From: Paraspadella gotoi
Lineage: Eukaryota > Animalia > Chaetognatha
DNA: 64,000 nt
Reading direction: 5' to 3'
Assembly: GCA_051294375.1 (NCBI GenBank)
Contig: CM119263.1
Span: 21,140,268 to 21,204,267, forward strand
Numbering within the stretch: position 1 is the stretch's first letter; each line of letters begins with the position of its first letter. Below the pieces are notes generated by a model. The model searched no databases and was not told the origin of the DNA. It saw nothing but the letters and a program-made list of their open reading frames with translations. The position numbers and the translations under genes are program-made. This document shows positions 50,301-64,000 of this stretch, piece after piece.

Positions 50301-53300
50301 TTTTTTTATGCACGGAACAGTAACGTTACGCCATTTTCATTGTTGTCCTACATTCCAATACCCATCCCCAGTCGCCGCGAGGTAGATCGGTTTTCCCCGG
50401 CCCTTGTCGAATGTTTCGATTCCTTACCCGGCGCTGCTGTGCCTTACCCGGACGCCGAAAATTGCCTTTCGAATTTCCCAGAGCATGGCGTCTGGCACGC
50501 TCGTCACCCGTCCTACCGTTCGTCACGAGATCTCCGCCATTTTGAAGCATGCCGTTGACAACTCGCCTTAGAGCAGTTTTTCTTTTCTTTTACGCGGATG
50601 TCGAAAGTTTCTGCTTAGCCCTTTGTCCAAGACGTATGTGTTAACTTTGGACATTTGGACATTATTAAGATTAGAGCTTTAGATTATAAAAAAGCGAAAA
50701 ACAATCATTATCTCTGTTAGAGTGAATGGAGGCCTTAAACCACCAAAGCCTGTCCAAAAGTCAGGGGCAAAGATATAACTTATTATTAAATGATTAATTT
50801 TTTATATTGGTCAGTTCTACCAAATTTCACTATCGATATTAATTAAATAAGGTTTTATAAATATAACTTATAATATACAGGTATTCATTTTTTCTTTATT
50901 TTGAAAACTTCCGCAATCATTTGACAACCCTGGTTCTCTCTCCTTTTCTCCTGTCTGTCATTCTGTTTTTTTTTTTTTTTTTGGTTGGGTGTTTTTTCGT
51001 TTCCATCTATTCGCATTCCTTTCATCCTCGTCCGTCGATCTCTCTTTTTTTTCTTCACCCTGTTTATATTCGACTTCTCTTTTACTCCGCTTTATTCCTT
51101 ACTCCTCCTCTTCCTCTCCACCCCCCTCCTCCTTCTCCTCCTCTCACCCCCCCTCCTCCTCCTCTATTCCTTTTCTCGTTTTCAGTTGTTGTTATGTTCT
51201 TGTTACGTTTTTATCCCATCGTCTCACATGGTTACTTTCTATCGACAGCCTTTTTCAAAATCCATGTTAACTTTGTAAACATGATTTGAAGGAATCAAAA
51301 ATTCAAATAGCAGAATCTATAAGATATGTAAATTTTTTCTTAAGCTAAAAAACGAAAAAAAAAAAAGTAATGAAAGAATATAATAAAGAAAGAAAGAAAG
51401 GAAAGAAAGGAAAGAAAGAAAGAAAGAAAGAAAGAAAGGAAAAAAGAAAGAAAGAAAGAAAGAAAAAAATAAATAACGAAAAGAATGAAAAGAAAGAAAA
51501 GAAAGATAAGAAAGAAAGAAGAAAGAAAGAAAGGAAAGAAAGCAAAGTAAAAAGAAAAAAAAAATGAACAATAAAATGAAAGAAAAAATAAAGAAAGAAA
51601 TAAAGAAAGAAAGAAAGAAAGAAAAAAGAAAGACAAGAAGACAAAAAAAGAAAGAAAAATAAAGAAAGAAAGAAAGAAAGAAAGAAACATTAAGTAAAAC
51701 AGTAAGAAAGAAATCTAAATATTGAAAGAACGAAGACGAAAAGAAAAAAAAAGGAGAAGAGAAGAAAAGTCTTGTAAAAATTTCTCTCCTTTTCCCTCAC
51801 CTAAACCTAAGGTTTAAGACCGAAGACCAACGACGTAACCAAATTTGGCCCAATCAACGACTCGAACTGTGACCTTTAGCCCCACTCAGACGTCGGGAGT
51901 ATCCTTGTCGTCGCGTCGTTTTCGTCTGCGCCGGCGTCGACGTCATCTGCATGCGTCACCGTTGACGTCCGTATTGCTTCAAAACTTGTCGATTATCATT
52001 AGGACAATTTTCCGACCCTTTGAAAAGGAAAACAAACTAAATGGGAGAGCTACAACGCTATCACGTATTCACGAGATGTCTTCAAGTTTCTCAAAGTTAT
52101 TAAGTATTTTTAATAATAATTGTTAACTAATTAATGGAAAGGAAACCTTTAAAACATTTGAGACGACCTACGATAGCCTTCTACAACAACTCTTCTTCAT
52201 CCCATCTTTGTCAGGCTGTTGGCGAATTCGAGGTCAAAATGACACGCCTCCCCAAAATGCATTTGCATCTTCCATTATAATTAAAACGCATCTTGTTCCG
52301 TCGTTTCGATCAACATTTCGAAACGAAACCTCGTTACCAAAATGACGTCCTGACTTTTTAACCCGGCGTTTTGCTCCGCATTAGATTCACCAATCGCATC
52401 TCTTGAACCTCTCGGACGACTTTCTCACAGCCAATCGTAAGCTTCTCCAGAACCTTCTTGAAAACTGAAGAGCCAAATGAGGTGGGAGGAGATTACAGAT
52501 ATTACTAATTATATAAGTCTTTCTCTTTAAACCGATATGAATGAGAAAAAACTGAGATTTTTAACTATTCCTAAAAAAATACGCGGAAAAACTCAACAAC
52601 GTAGTGTTGATAAATGCGATGTTACACGTTACTCTTCAGGGAATCAGCTCCATGACCTCTCACTGAAATAGCATTTATTATCTCTTAAACGGTCTCCCCA
52701 CGCCACAAATCCTAGGTCCGCCCCATCGTCCCACTCACTCCTACCCTCCCTTATCACACTCACTTAATGCTCACTACAGCATTCCACACTTGCCACGCTC
52801 TCGTGGCAGCCTACTTTCCTCTGCCCTTCCTCCCGAAGCCTGACCCTATTAACGCGACTGAGCAAAACATACACTCGACCAAAAATAGCATTTCGTATAT
52901 CGCTCCCTCTTTCGGCACATCCCTCTTGGGCACCGAGAGTTCCTCAAAACTTAAAGTGGATCGACTTCTCGTTATATGGCTCCCAGTTATGTCAAGTAAT
53001 GTCAAGTTATGTTTTGTTTTACTTCATTGAATTGTAAGTGAATACGAGAAGAAGAATAAACTGACACAACTGTACATAATACTTATTTTGCATCCTGATT
53101 TCGCCACAATCAGCGTTACAGTGGTTCGGACAGGACTTAAAACTTACCCCCCATAAGGAAAAATTTACTATTTATTTGATCAATATGTACTTAATGATAT
53201 ATCTAAAAAATTTAGTTTTATCAATATTGATTGCGTCATTTTAAAACATCATGTTTACCTTATGTTCAGCTACTTATTTACTTAGGACCCTTCCAAAGAG

Positions 53301-53700
53301 GAGTAGACGATATGAAAAAAGTTCTTTTACATTCTTCTGTACCATTGTTAATCAATAATGAGGTCGATACTTTCACCGGTTACAAGTACTGTGCAGTGTT
53401 ACATTTAATTTCGCTCCATACTGCAATATTCCAAATGAATTTAGAAACTGTATTATATGGTGGCCAAAATTCGGAAAAATTATATTAAAAGAAATCTTAC
53501 TTTATACTAGTAACTGCAGTAATTATGCTGTACTAAATAACAAAGATCGATGGCTTTATAAGTACAGAGAACCTAATCCTGTAATTGTATGGTACTGCAG
53601 GTACTGCAGCATACTGCAGCCTTCAATTTTCTTTTAGATATAAAATATATATATTGGCTTATGCTTAGAAATGTAATTTTTTGGTGAGAATCCTTTTATA

Positions 53701-53937
53701 GTGGAACTAAAATCCACCCAACCGTTCATCAGCGGCCATTGGTGCCGGAGGCAAGTCATTTTCGCCTCCCAACCCCAAAGGCACCGTGGTTCTAGCCCGG
53801 TGCCCGCTGCAGTTAAACATGGACCGGCGCTTAACCCGCTGTAATAAACTCAGTGTTACATCCTGCATCGAAGCTCAGGCACTGTTTATATGAACGGTTT
53901 TGTCATTAACACATATCAATAATTACTGTTCTCTTCA
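53701..53937 (+). mobile_element. tRNA-derived SINE, duplicate of the 47074 copy within the duplicated block
   Basis: Same sequence and flanks as 47074-47303, with scattered 1 bp indels. Confidence 0.7.
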
Positions 53938-55594
53938 CTTTTTAAGGTATTTTAATAGCCACAAGGTACAAATTCTTTATCTCTTTAACTACGAAAAAGT
54001 TACAGAGGCTGATGTTATAATTTGTAATTTTTTTAAAAGTTAATTTTGTTAAAAGAAAAAAATAAAAACTACCTGATCTATCCCTTTTATGTATAATATC
54101 AGTATTTTATCCTTACAAATTGCTTAGATGAAGTACCATAGCCTATAGCATAGGGCTAATATCCAGAAATTTTTTTATCGAGCATGACCGGCGAGCCGGT
54201 TCAGCTCGATATTGATCGGGTCAGCTTCTTGTGACGCGTTCGTCGGTTGTCGGCGTCACGCTTTTTTGATAAAAAACTACTACGCTTTTATAGTTTTGGC
54301 TGGACTTACGTTTTTTTTTAATAAAAATTATTTATAATTTACGATGAAGTTTTATAAAAGTGTGCGATCATAGTAAGTTAAAATTTTAGAATATGGCTTC
54401 TCATTCTTGAAATAGCTCTGATATTTTCTCATTACATTTAGGATTTAAGTATTTTTGTTTGAATTTCCACTCATTTGATTTACTGCAATATGCAAAGATA
54501 TTTATAGTACTCATTATAAGTATCCAAAATTAGTATATAGAAATGCTTTACTAATTTACAATATCTGCAGTAATATAATATTGAAGATGAAATTCAAAAA
54601 ATTTTTTAAAATCTATAATAAAAATGGGAACTCAAAAGAATTTTTTAATGAGAAGCTATATCTCAATTTTATTACAAATAAAAAATAAAATCTTTTACAA
54701 GCTGCGATTGGGGAAAAATTGGAAAAAAATTTCCAATTGTAAAACAATAGCTGTAACATATTTTGCCTTTCATTTATTTCTTTAATTATATATATATATA
54801 TTTTGTTCTTTTTCTGCAAACGAGTTCATGCTCTGGCACTGACGTGTAACTGTACAGCGTCGCCTTCCAGGAGCAGCTGTCCAGCTTTGTTCTCGTCTCT
54901 GTTTCTCTGTGCTCTCGTCGTCTCTTATCTCTCTATCAATAGCAAAATTCCGTGCAAATTTACATCCGAGATTTTCGGTCGGATTATTTTAGAAAAGAGA
55001 AATACAATACCTGCCGCTATATTGTCCGGCAATTGCGGCGGATTAATTTAATTGCATATATTTTTTTTTTTTTTTTATTAATACCAAAAACAGTATTGAC
55101 AAAATCAAAAAACAGTACAGTGTAAAAAACGTAGAAGCAGTAAGCAGTAGTAGCATATATAATTTTCTAAAAAAAAATAATTTTTTTTTTTGTTTATTAT
55201 TGTTAACTTTGGACTGGTCGGCCCACTATTGGCAAAATTATATCTAAAATAGGAGTTTGAGAAAGAGAGATATAGTCAAATTAAACAATTACTTTTTTTG
55301 TTATTCTGATAATTTTTAACAATTTTAAATTTGTAAATATTTTTTTAGTGTATATATTTAATCATTTTTATCTTTTTTTTTTAAATAATAATTATTTGAG
55401 TTGGGATAAATATTTATAAATTATTTAAATATGGAAAATATTGAAGTTTGACCTCGGTCTGGTTTCTTCTTAAAAAAAAGAACATCCTAAATTTCATTCC
55501 AAGATTTAAACTTTTTATAGAAAGGAAAAGAGTTCGTCCCTCCTCAGATTCGTCGAAAAACAACTTCAGCGGCGGTCCAGCTTCTCTCTATCTT

Positions 55595-55625
<31 letters not shown>

Positions 55626-55765
55626 TTTTCTTTCTATTTATTCCGCCATTTATTCCACGCTTTTTTCTCAATACAAAATCCCAAATTTACATCCGAGATT
55701 TTCGTGGATTTTTTTTCTAAAAATTCTGATTATTCTTTATATAAACGAGAGTGAAAACTGACCAG

Positions 55766-55798
<33 letters not shown>

Positions 55799-57314
55799 CA
55801 TACACGCATTTGTTTGTTTTATTTACGATGAATGATTCATCGCGTCAATGATTGACTATTATTGCATCAATGAATGATTATCATCAAATCAATGAATGAT
55901 TATCATCACATCAATGAATGACTATCATCGCATCAATCATTTTATTATCATCACATCAGTTATTTTGTTATCATCGCATCAATTATTGGTTATCATCGCA
56001 TCAATATTTGGTTATCATCGCATCAATATTTGGTTACCATCGAAAGCAGGCTCGATCCTTATGCTTTTAAGATTTTTATTATTACAAATGTTAGTGTATG
56101 CTGCAGCATTAATTTGTTTATGCTGTAAAAATTTGTAGTAATGATTTTTTCATTAATACTTTTGTACTTAGAATAACGTCAGGTCGCAGATTTTTTATGT
56201 GAGAAATCTATAAACAGTACTCTCTTAATACAACCATAAAGAAACCCATAAGGTTGATCATTGTAATTTTTGCAGGAGATCAAATATTTATATAGTTGAT
56301 TTTTAATTGTTTGGGCGTGGAGCAAACATGACTCCTGGTTTTCGGTTGCTTCTCATACTAATGTTTTTCGACATAGGAAAACTAAATATAATCCAAAAGA
56401 TGGCAAAATCCTTAACGATTCTTCTGCTATAAAAAATAAAACAATTTTGTAAAACAATTGTGCGTGTGGGAGGATCGATTAGGGGGTAAAATTCAAGTCC
56501 GAACTCTGTTTATATACATAACATATTTTGCTTACTTTGCTCATACCGAATTAGAAATAAATATAAAATTGAAATGAATTAAGAAATAACCCAAACTATC
56601 GATTTTTCACTGCAAACATCGGATGGCTCACTTTACATCCAATGTAAATCCAAAGATGCGATTTGAAAAAAAAAAACTTACATAAGAAAGACCCAAATCC
56701 GCGCCTTTCCTTTCTGAATCTACTGAATGCTGCCTCTAGAGAAAGGAGTCTAACCAAATTCGCCGAAAGACCTTAACCTAATTCACCAACTTCCCCCCTT
56801 CAGACCCCCCCCCACTTAAAACCCAACCTGGCCCGTTTTGCTTGGAAGAGCGAAGGTGAAAATGTGAGTCAGATGAACGGGTTTCGGGGCGGGGAAGGGT
56901 TGACGGGTGAGGGTTGTGAAAAAGTGAAAGGAAAAGACATATCTTAAAATTTCTTCGTGTTGTTAAATTGAGTGTGTGGTCCTTTTATCCAACGAAAACT
57001 GCGAGTCAATAAACTAAACTGTTTCTTGATAGTTCCTTGATATGTTTCTTGATAGTTTCTTTTTTAAGAAACAAAGGAACATGCATAATATATTTGATCT
57101 CAATCTATTTAAATTTTTATTATTCCAAATAGCAATTTCTGCTTAAATTTCAATCATTCTAAATAATATATAAATTTTTTAATCAACATCATTCTTTAAA
57201 CCTTATTCTATATAATTAAATATTATATCCTTTTTTAAAATTTTTTTTCTTTATTTTGAAAAGTAAAAAAATATGAAAACTAAAAAAGATACAAGTATAA
57301 AAAAATAATATGAA

Positions 57315-57500
57315 TTGAAAAAATGATGCAAGCTGAAAAAATGATGCGAGTTGAAAAAATTATGTAAGTGGAAAAAATTATGCGAGTTAAAAAAATAATG
57401 CAACTTTAAAAAATGAGGTAAATTGAAAAAAATATATAAGTTGATACAAGTAACAAGAATGATTCAAGTTAAAGAGAATGATGCAAATTAAAAAAATGTT
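57315..57500. repeat. ~18-19 bp degenerate minisatellite (ttgaaaaaatgatgcaag)
   Basis: Direct inspection. Confidence 0.7.
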
Positions 57501-57808
57501 AAAAAGTTAAAAAAAATATTATTAATACCGCAGTAACGGTTCAGTTTAAGCCCTTGAAAGCGATCTACATTTATTGGCGCAGCCACTGGTTACATTGGTT
57601 GTTCAAATCTTATGAAAAAAAAGTGGTAGACTTACAAAGTTGTGGTTGTGACAGGATGAGGTGAGAGATTTGGAGAAAAATGTGAGAGTAAGAATGACGC
57701 CAACTTGAGTAAAAGCGAAGGCGCGACCGACCGACCGACCGACAGGCGAAGAGAAAATCCGAAAATGACAAATCGGAGAGAGAGGAAGGGTTTTTTAAGC
57801 TTTTTTTT

Positions 57809-57854
<46 letters not shown>

Positions 57855-57936
57855 TCTCTCTCTCTCTATCTCTCTCTTCTCTCTTCTCCCTCTCTCTCTC
57901 TCTCTATCTTTTTTTTCTCTCGCTCCCCCCTCGTTT

Positions 57937-57988
<52 letters not shown>

Positions 57989-58598
57989 TTCTTTCTTTCT
58001 TTTCTTTCTTTCTTTTTTTTTTTCAACAGACTCGCTCTTACACTATTCTAGACCCTCCTTTATCCTTTTCCCTCTCTTTCACTTTCTCCTTCCCCTGTCC
58101 CACCAATCTCTAGGCAACGAAGCTTCCGTCTCTTAGCAACGCAATGACGTCATCATGAGAAGTGAGAGCGGAGATGTGGAAGGAGTCTTTATGCGATGGT
58201 GGGGAAAATAGGGGACGTGAAAAGAGAGAGAGAATGAGAGAGAGAGACTGAGAGAACATAGAAAAGTCTTTGCCTCCCGATTCCCGGGTGTTCCACTCAT
58301 TTTGGATCAAGGAAAATTGGGGAAGGAAAGAAATAAGAAAAAGAGAAAAATAAAGAATTAACAACGATGAATCAAAAAGAAAGAAAGAAAAATTACAAAA
58401 AAACACAAAATCTTAGGCTGAAATTGTCGGTATTATTCTCACTTTGATTCGTTTACATTTTTAAGGGATGGAGAAATAGCCATTGTAACAGTTAATATTA
58501 ATAGTCTGCTTTTCTTTCATCGAGACTCGGCCATTGGCAAAACTCAAACGAAAAAAAAAAATAGAAAGAGAAATTGAAAGAAAGAGAGAAAGAAAGAG

Positions 58599-58697
<99 letters not shown>

Positions 58698-59889
58698 ATG
58701 GAGATAAGATCAGGAGACAGAGACAGAGAAAGGAGCTGGTGGTCGTCGATGGTGAGAGAGATCGAATCTTACTAATTCGCTTTGATTCAATTTTTCGGTT
58801 GGAAACTCGAATTAAGTTGAAAATAAGAAGAGAAGATGAGACAAGAAAAACTCGCCGACTCCCCTGTTTCTTATCCACCCGCTAAACCGCCTCTCGCGCC
58901 ACTCACTCCCCTTGCCACTCACATCCCCCCTCATTGGCTTCCAAACCGAAACGCCTCACGATAATTCGGAGATAAGGAGAAAGAAGGGGTCAGTGAAGAT
59001 CACGTGGTCGGTCAGTCAGCTATCGCTTTCCGTGTCAAGAATCGTTGTATCGAAAAAAGCTAATATAATGAATACGATATGTAATTAAAACTGTAACTCT
59101 CATCTATCTGTCTATCCGTATCCAATAAAGTATGGAGCGATAATTTTCAAATATTTCCCAGCTAAAGTTTTTCTTATTGAATAGAAATAAGAGTAAAACT
59201 AAATTATTTTCACTCCATTTTTTCGTCAGTTTATCAAACCAGTTTCTTTTTTATTTTTTTATTTTTTATTTTTTTAAATTTTTTAATCTCATTTTTCTTT
59301 TCATATTCGATATCGGAATTTTTTTTTTATTTTAAACTTAAAGTTCAGCAACCAAGTGAAGGAAGACTGATAAAAAATGTTTTTTTCTGTAATATTTCAA
59401 GTAGGCGAAGAAATTATTTCTTAAGATTTTCGGAAAACTGCGAAAAAAAACGAATGACGAAAAAAAAACCAAATAATTTTGACAAACAAACAAATGGAGA
59501 TAAATTAAATTTAAAAAAGTGAGGATTTCGTTTCTCCCCTTCAAGCAAATCTCTGGCCACGCTAATTTCCTTCAAGGAATCTTTTATTTCTTCGTTTCCT
59601 GATTCCCTGACTTGTGGACGCGTGGTCAATCATTTGTTTGATTGGGCGGAGCGACGACCAGTGGAAACGACACCGAACGAAAAAAAAAAACAAAAAAAAA
59701 ACAAACGAACAAGAAAAAAAAGAAAAAAATCTTCAAAATTCTTAAAAATAAGAAATCTCCTGACGCAGCAGAACAAAAGAGCAGTTTAGATATATCGACA
59801 ACGCCGCGAGAAAATGTTCTGAACACGACTATAAATAATTTTTCAAGAAATACGAAAGAAATGGAGCGAGAGAGTGAATGGGAAAGCGG

Positions 59890-59928
<39 letters not shown>

Positions 59929-60852
59929 ATACGACCCGAAGAGGAAATAAAGAATAAATAAATGGAGTGAAGGAGACAAGGAAATGTGAAAATTATATTT
60001 CCGGTGAGGATATGAAGGTGGGAAACCGAGAATAGAAAAAAGAATGAAGCAAAGTAAAAAAAAAGAAAGAAAATAATAAAGAAGAAAGAGGAATCCGCTC
60101 AAAGCGTCCTCTTCGATCGATATAAAATCACCGCCAATTCGTCGTTAATGAAGAATCCGCACGTCTCTGATTTTCACACTGTTTTCTTGTGAAAGATTCA
60201 GAATCAATCATATTATACAATAAATAAGATAATTGTATTTTTAAATTTAATTTTTTTTTCTTATTAAGTTTATTTTAACAATCTTTTTAAAACAGTCGCT
60301 ACAACTGCGAACGAAACGACAAACGACGAAACATCGAATGACGAACGGCAAAAAGCGAACGACGACGTTGACTAATGTCTCCTAGCAACGTGCTGTTGAT
60401 GGCGTGTTTGCGTATATCAATTAATCCTCTTTTTTTTTCTTTTTCAACATCTTTTCAGGTTTTCCAACGCGTTGAGATGACTTTTTTTTAAAAAGCAGAT
60501 GATTCATGAGAAATACAGATCCATTTGCTCTTTTATTTTTTAACAAATCCCGTCGGTTAATTAAATCGTTATATTCATCTCGATTCCCCCTTCCTCTTTT
60601 TTTAATCTAAGCCCATTTAAAAGTTTCCTCCCTTCGAACTGATTCATTTTATGCTCTTTCACGTCTTAAATGGTTAATACGTACTTGTTTTAGTATAAAA
60701 AAAAAAACAATGTGTGCTTAAACGTTATCAAATTAATTTTTAATCAACGGTCATCGTCGACACTATTTTTTTTTTAATAATAATTTATCCATATCTGTTT
60801 TTGTTTACTAATATTATTCAAGTTTTACCTTAATTCCCCTTTTCCTCGACAG

Positions 60853-60952
60853 AAAAGCCATCGCTAAAGGCAGCAAAAATCACACTTATCTTCATCAAAA
60901 TTCTTCGACTGGAACTCAAAGATGGGATGTGAAAGAGATCGTGGATTGGTCG
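60853..60952 (+). CDS. rdgA: Type IV diacylglycerol kinase exon: KAIAKGSKNHTYLHQNSSTGTQRWDVKEIVDWS
   Basis: ttttcctcgacAG acceptor, GTGAGT donor. Corresponds to the recalled DGK-zeta segment RKAITKSG...STVDWS. Confidence 0.85.
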
Positions 60953-61111
60953 GTGAGTTAACTTACCCAGTAAATATCTAAATTTATCACTACCAAAATG
61001 TCTCGCGCCGCTGGTGGTGCCAAGGTTCACAAATACGTCAGGTCACTATCAGTCACAACGAAACCTGATTCAAGACTGACCCAGAAATATTCCATGGAAA
61101 TCTCATTGCAG

Positions 61112-61195
61112 GACCAATCAGTGAACGGGGAACACGTTTGGATGGACACGAACGCCTCGGGGGATTTTTGTTACGTCGGAGAAGTCGACTGCATC
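61112..61195 (+). CDS. rdgA: Type IV diacylglycerol kinase exon, start of first C1 domain: [28 protein letters not shown]
   Basis: ttgcAG acceptor, GTAAGT donor, phase 0. Close match to recalled DGK-zeta/iota [27 protein letters not shown]. Confidence 0.92.
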
Positions 61196-61314
61196 GTAAG
61201 TTGGCTGATTCGCTGTTGTTGTTCCTGCCAAGGGTGATTTTGCTGGAGTGGTTGCTGTTGATGTTGATATTATTGTCGTTGGTAAAAAAATTTACTTGTG
61301 AAGAAACAATAATT

Positions 61315-61514
61315 ATTGTTATGTGTTAGTGACAGGACCGTTTAATATAAGCAGTCCCTGAGCTTTGGATCAGGCTGAAACACCGTGTTACAGTCGGGGT
61401 TAAGCGCCCCGTCCCTATTACTGCTAAGAACCCCGACCTTTGAGTTGGGAGGCGAATGACTTGCCTCGCGCACCAATGGCTGCTGATGAACGGGTGGTGG
61501 ATTTTAGTCCACCA
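61315..61514 (-). mobile_element. tRNA-derived SINE, copy 4 (reverse strand, small internal deletion)
   Basis: Reverse complement of tggtggactaaaatccacca...ttcatcagcagccattggtgc...cctgatccaaagctcagggactgcttatatt. Confidence 0.75.
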
Positions 61515-61889
61515 TACTTGTTAGCAAGCTTTTCAAAGTGTCATTTAACACCATAATTTTTTTTACTTTTAAGTAAAATCTATCAACAACCTTTTATTAA
61601 AAAAAAAATAAAGGTTTTTGAAACTAGATGCAGAGTTTCTCAAGCGTTCTGTCACTTTAAAAAGAATTGCTATGTCAAATTATAATGGTTAAAAAAAACT
61701 GAAAAGATGAGTTCAAAAAGTTTTATCTCGTACATTAATAAGAGAAATATTGATTTTTCACAATGAATTTTTTTATTTTTATTTTATTTCTAATTCCCAT
61801 TGTTAAAGACATGTTTTGAATAGTATTTCTATTCATCATCAGTGTAAAAAGATTTATGGATCATAAGTTTAGCAATGTTAAGAATGTGT

Positions 61890-63010
61890 TTGAGGGAGAG
61901 ACTCTGGCCTCACCCCCCCTGGAGGCACAGCCGTCTGCTGTGGAAGACCCATCGCCGCCCACCACAGTGGCACCGGAGACCAAGAAGAGGCGACAAAGAA
62001 CCATGTCAACCTCCCTTACCACCAGGGAGTCACTGAGCCGCTGGTGTGGGTGTTAAAACCATGCAGGGGATTTCCACCTCAGTGACGGCTCGTGGTTCGT
62101 TACGCGAATTACTGGTGAAACCGAAGGACAAAATCTCCAAGCCCAGCTCGTCAGGCGCTGTCTACATAGCAGCCTGTGCGGGGGCAGGCAACCACAGCAG
62201 CATACGTGGTTGACACAGGGAAGTCTCTCAAACCTCCCTCTGGAGACTCAAATGGCCATTTTCTGTCAGCAGTGGCAGAACATGCGCATAAAACAGGCCA
62301 TCTATTTAGAGAAACTGACTGTCTCATGCTGGGCAAAGATGACAACTGGTACACAAGAGGTATTAGAGAAAAAATTTACATCAAAGCCCTCGAGCCCGCT
62401 TTGAACCGTGATGGGGGGCGATTCCAGCTGGTGTGGTGGTTCGCCCTGAACCATCAAAGCCCCACAACAACTCCCCTGTCCCAACTCAACGGAACAGAGG
62501 GAGACCTTCCCTGGCACGTCAGCCTCCTCAGCTGTTGCAACTCAGGATGACTCTCCTCATCCTGGGCGCCCACCAGAAAAGACGGCTTCAGCTGGAGGAT
62601 GGCGGAGTCCCAGAGCCAGCCCCAAAGCAGGCAAGAAGGGGACCAGGCCCACCTTCTCAGCAGAGGAGAGGAGGGCAGGCTGCAGGGGTGACAGGTCTTG
62701 TTGACATAAAGGTCGCGTTGGGCCTAATCCCTGACACCACCCGGTCTCATACCAATGACCATCCCAATGACCAGCCCTAATCTGCCACTGACCCTCATTT
62801 GACTGCCCAAAAAGGGGGAGGGGGCCATCTCAATATAAGCTTGGAAGATTTTGTGACCTCGCGTCCGGTCATTTTCCCTGGTCATTTAGTTGACCTTTTC
62901 AGACCAGTCTTTTCACCGTTCTAGTCGCTTTCTTGTAACTTTCTTTTAGCCGAAAACCTCGTCACTTGTTATTCGATCATAATCGTTTCTCTGGAAAAGA
63001 TCGACTGTAT
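61890..63010 (+). mobile_element. 5'-truncated, decayed Penelope-like retroelement (linker, GIY-YIG endonuclease, 3' region)
   Basis: Across frameshifts: NHVNLPYHQGVTEPL..GISTSVTARGSLRELLVKPKDK..SGAVY..C..YVVDTGKSL..SAVAEHAHKTGH..NWYTRGIREKIYIKALEPALNRDGG, typical Penelope/Poseidon GIY-YIG motifs. GC-rich island in AT-rich DNA. Confidence 0.85.
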
Positions 63011-63638
63011 GGAACGGAATCCAAAGATTTTCTACATGAACTTATTGTACTACATTATTTCGCCATTTATATACCTCTACAATAAATAAACTTATTCACG
63101 AATTATTCGTCATTTATTCGACATTTACGTCATTCGTACATTATAATGTTAACATGCTGTTTTATATAGTATATAACTATATATTATATCTATAGCGTTA
63201 CGAACTAGAGCCCAAAAAGTATTTTTCTCTCTTTGGGCACAAAGTAATATAAAGGGTTAATGAGTCCATTAACGGGTTTGATTACGAAGCGCAAGGGTCG
63301 GAAACAAAACATGGGACTCGTGATAATATGAGACCATAAGAGGGGTGGGGTGGATTGATGATATAGCTGGGGGGAGGGGAGTTTCGATTCTCTCACACAT
63401 TCCCATTTTTGAAAATGGGAAACGGGAATGGGTCGTGGATTCGAAGATGGATACTTTTATTGCGATGGAGTTTTCCGTTTGGAAACATTCGGATACTCAA
63501 ACCGGGGAGGGGGGCGGTGAGAGGAAAGAAAAACTCTCGGCAATAACCGAAATTGTTGGAATAATGTTATGGGTTGTGGCTTTGAAACGATTCGTTTTGA
63601 TCGCGGTTTCACCCTCAGAAGTGAAGTAAAAGGTCACG

Positions 63639-63692
<54 letters not shown>

Positions 63693-64000
63693 ATTTAGAG
63701 GACGAGAGAGAGAGAGAGAGAGACGATGTATGCGCTTACGAAATTGCTTCTTTATTTATTTTATCCAGTTACTTTTAAGGACTTCCCCGTTGGAATATTA
63801 TTGTTTTTTTCTTTGTTCAATTGTTTTTTTTTCTCACGAATATCGTGATATTTTTTAAGTCAAGAAAATTCTTCTTGCTTCAAAAGATGCCTCGACACGC
63901 GCTGATGCTCTTTGAAAGTTTCCCTTTCTATTTCTCCAACGAAAGTGTCAAAACTGTTAAATAAAAGACTCTCATCTCGTGACGAAGTTGACGAGCAACG

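Larger units (their letters stand above)
41670..55190 (+). repeat. Direct duplication: ~41670-48524 and ~50348-55190
   Basis: Colinear over ~4.7 kb, differing mainly by single-base indels; copy 1 carries an extra 2.26 kb insertion and ends at a 25-N gap. Confidence 0.9.

Overview
AT-rich, microsatellite-dense ((AG)n/(CT)n) intron-rich genomic DNA from a metazoan (probably an invertebrate). It carries the 5' part of one large + strand gene, a type IV diacylglycerol kinase (DGK zeta/iota, rdgA-like). I can place 8-9 exons by GT-AG boundaries with matching phases (17-118, 928-997, 7254-7482, 13256-13510, 18354-~19138, possibly 21776-gap, 29028-29194, 60853-60952, 61112-61195); the gene continues past both window edges. 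Most listed ORFs are microsatellite or low-complexity artefacts. The introns hold many mobile elements: a Penelope-like GIY-YIG remnant, a ~690 bp TSD-flanked insert ending in a minimal hammerhead ribozyme, a tRNA-derived SINE (4 copies), Helentron-associated (HINE/DINE-like) elements, a deleted Tc1 transposase, a 2.26 kb foldback element with TA duplication present in one copy of a duplicated block and absent from the other, and two separate insertions of a 255 bp hairpin-dense TG...TA element with 4 bp TSDs. The assembly is locally noisy: four 25-N gaps, indel-rich duplicated blocks and a ~2.7 kb palindrome. All family assignments rest on recalled motifs, not on database searches.
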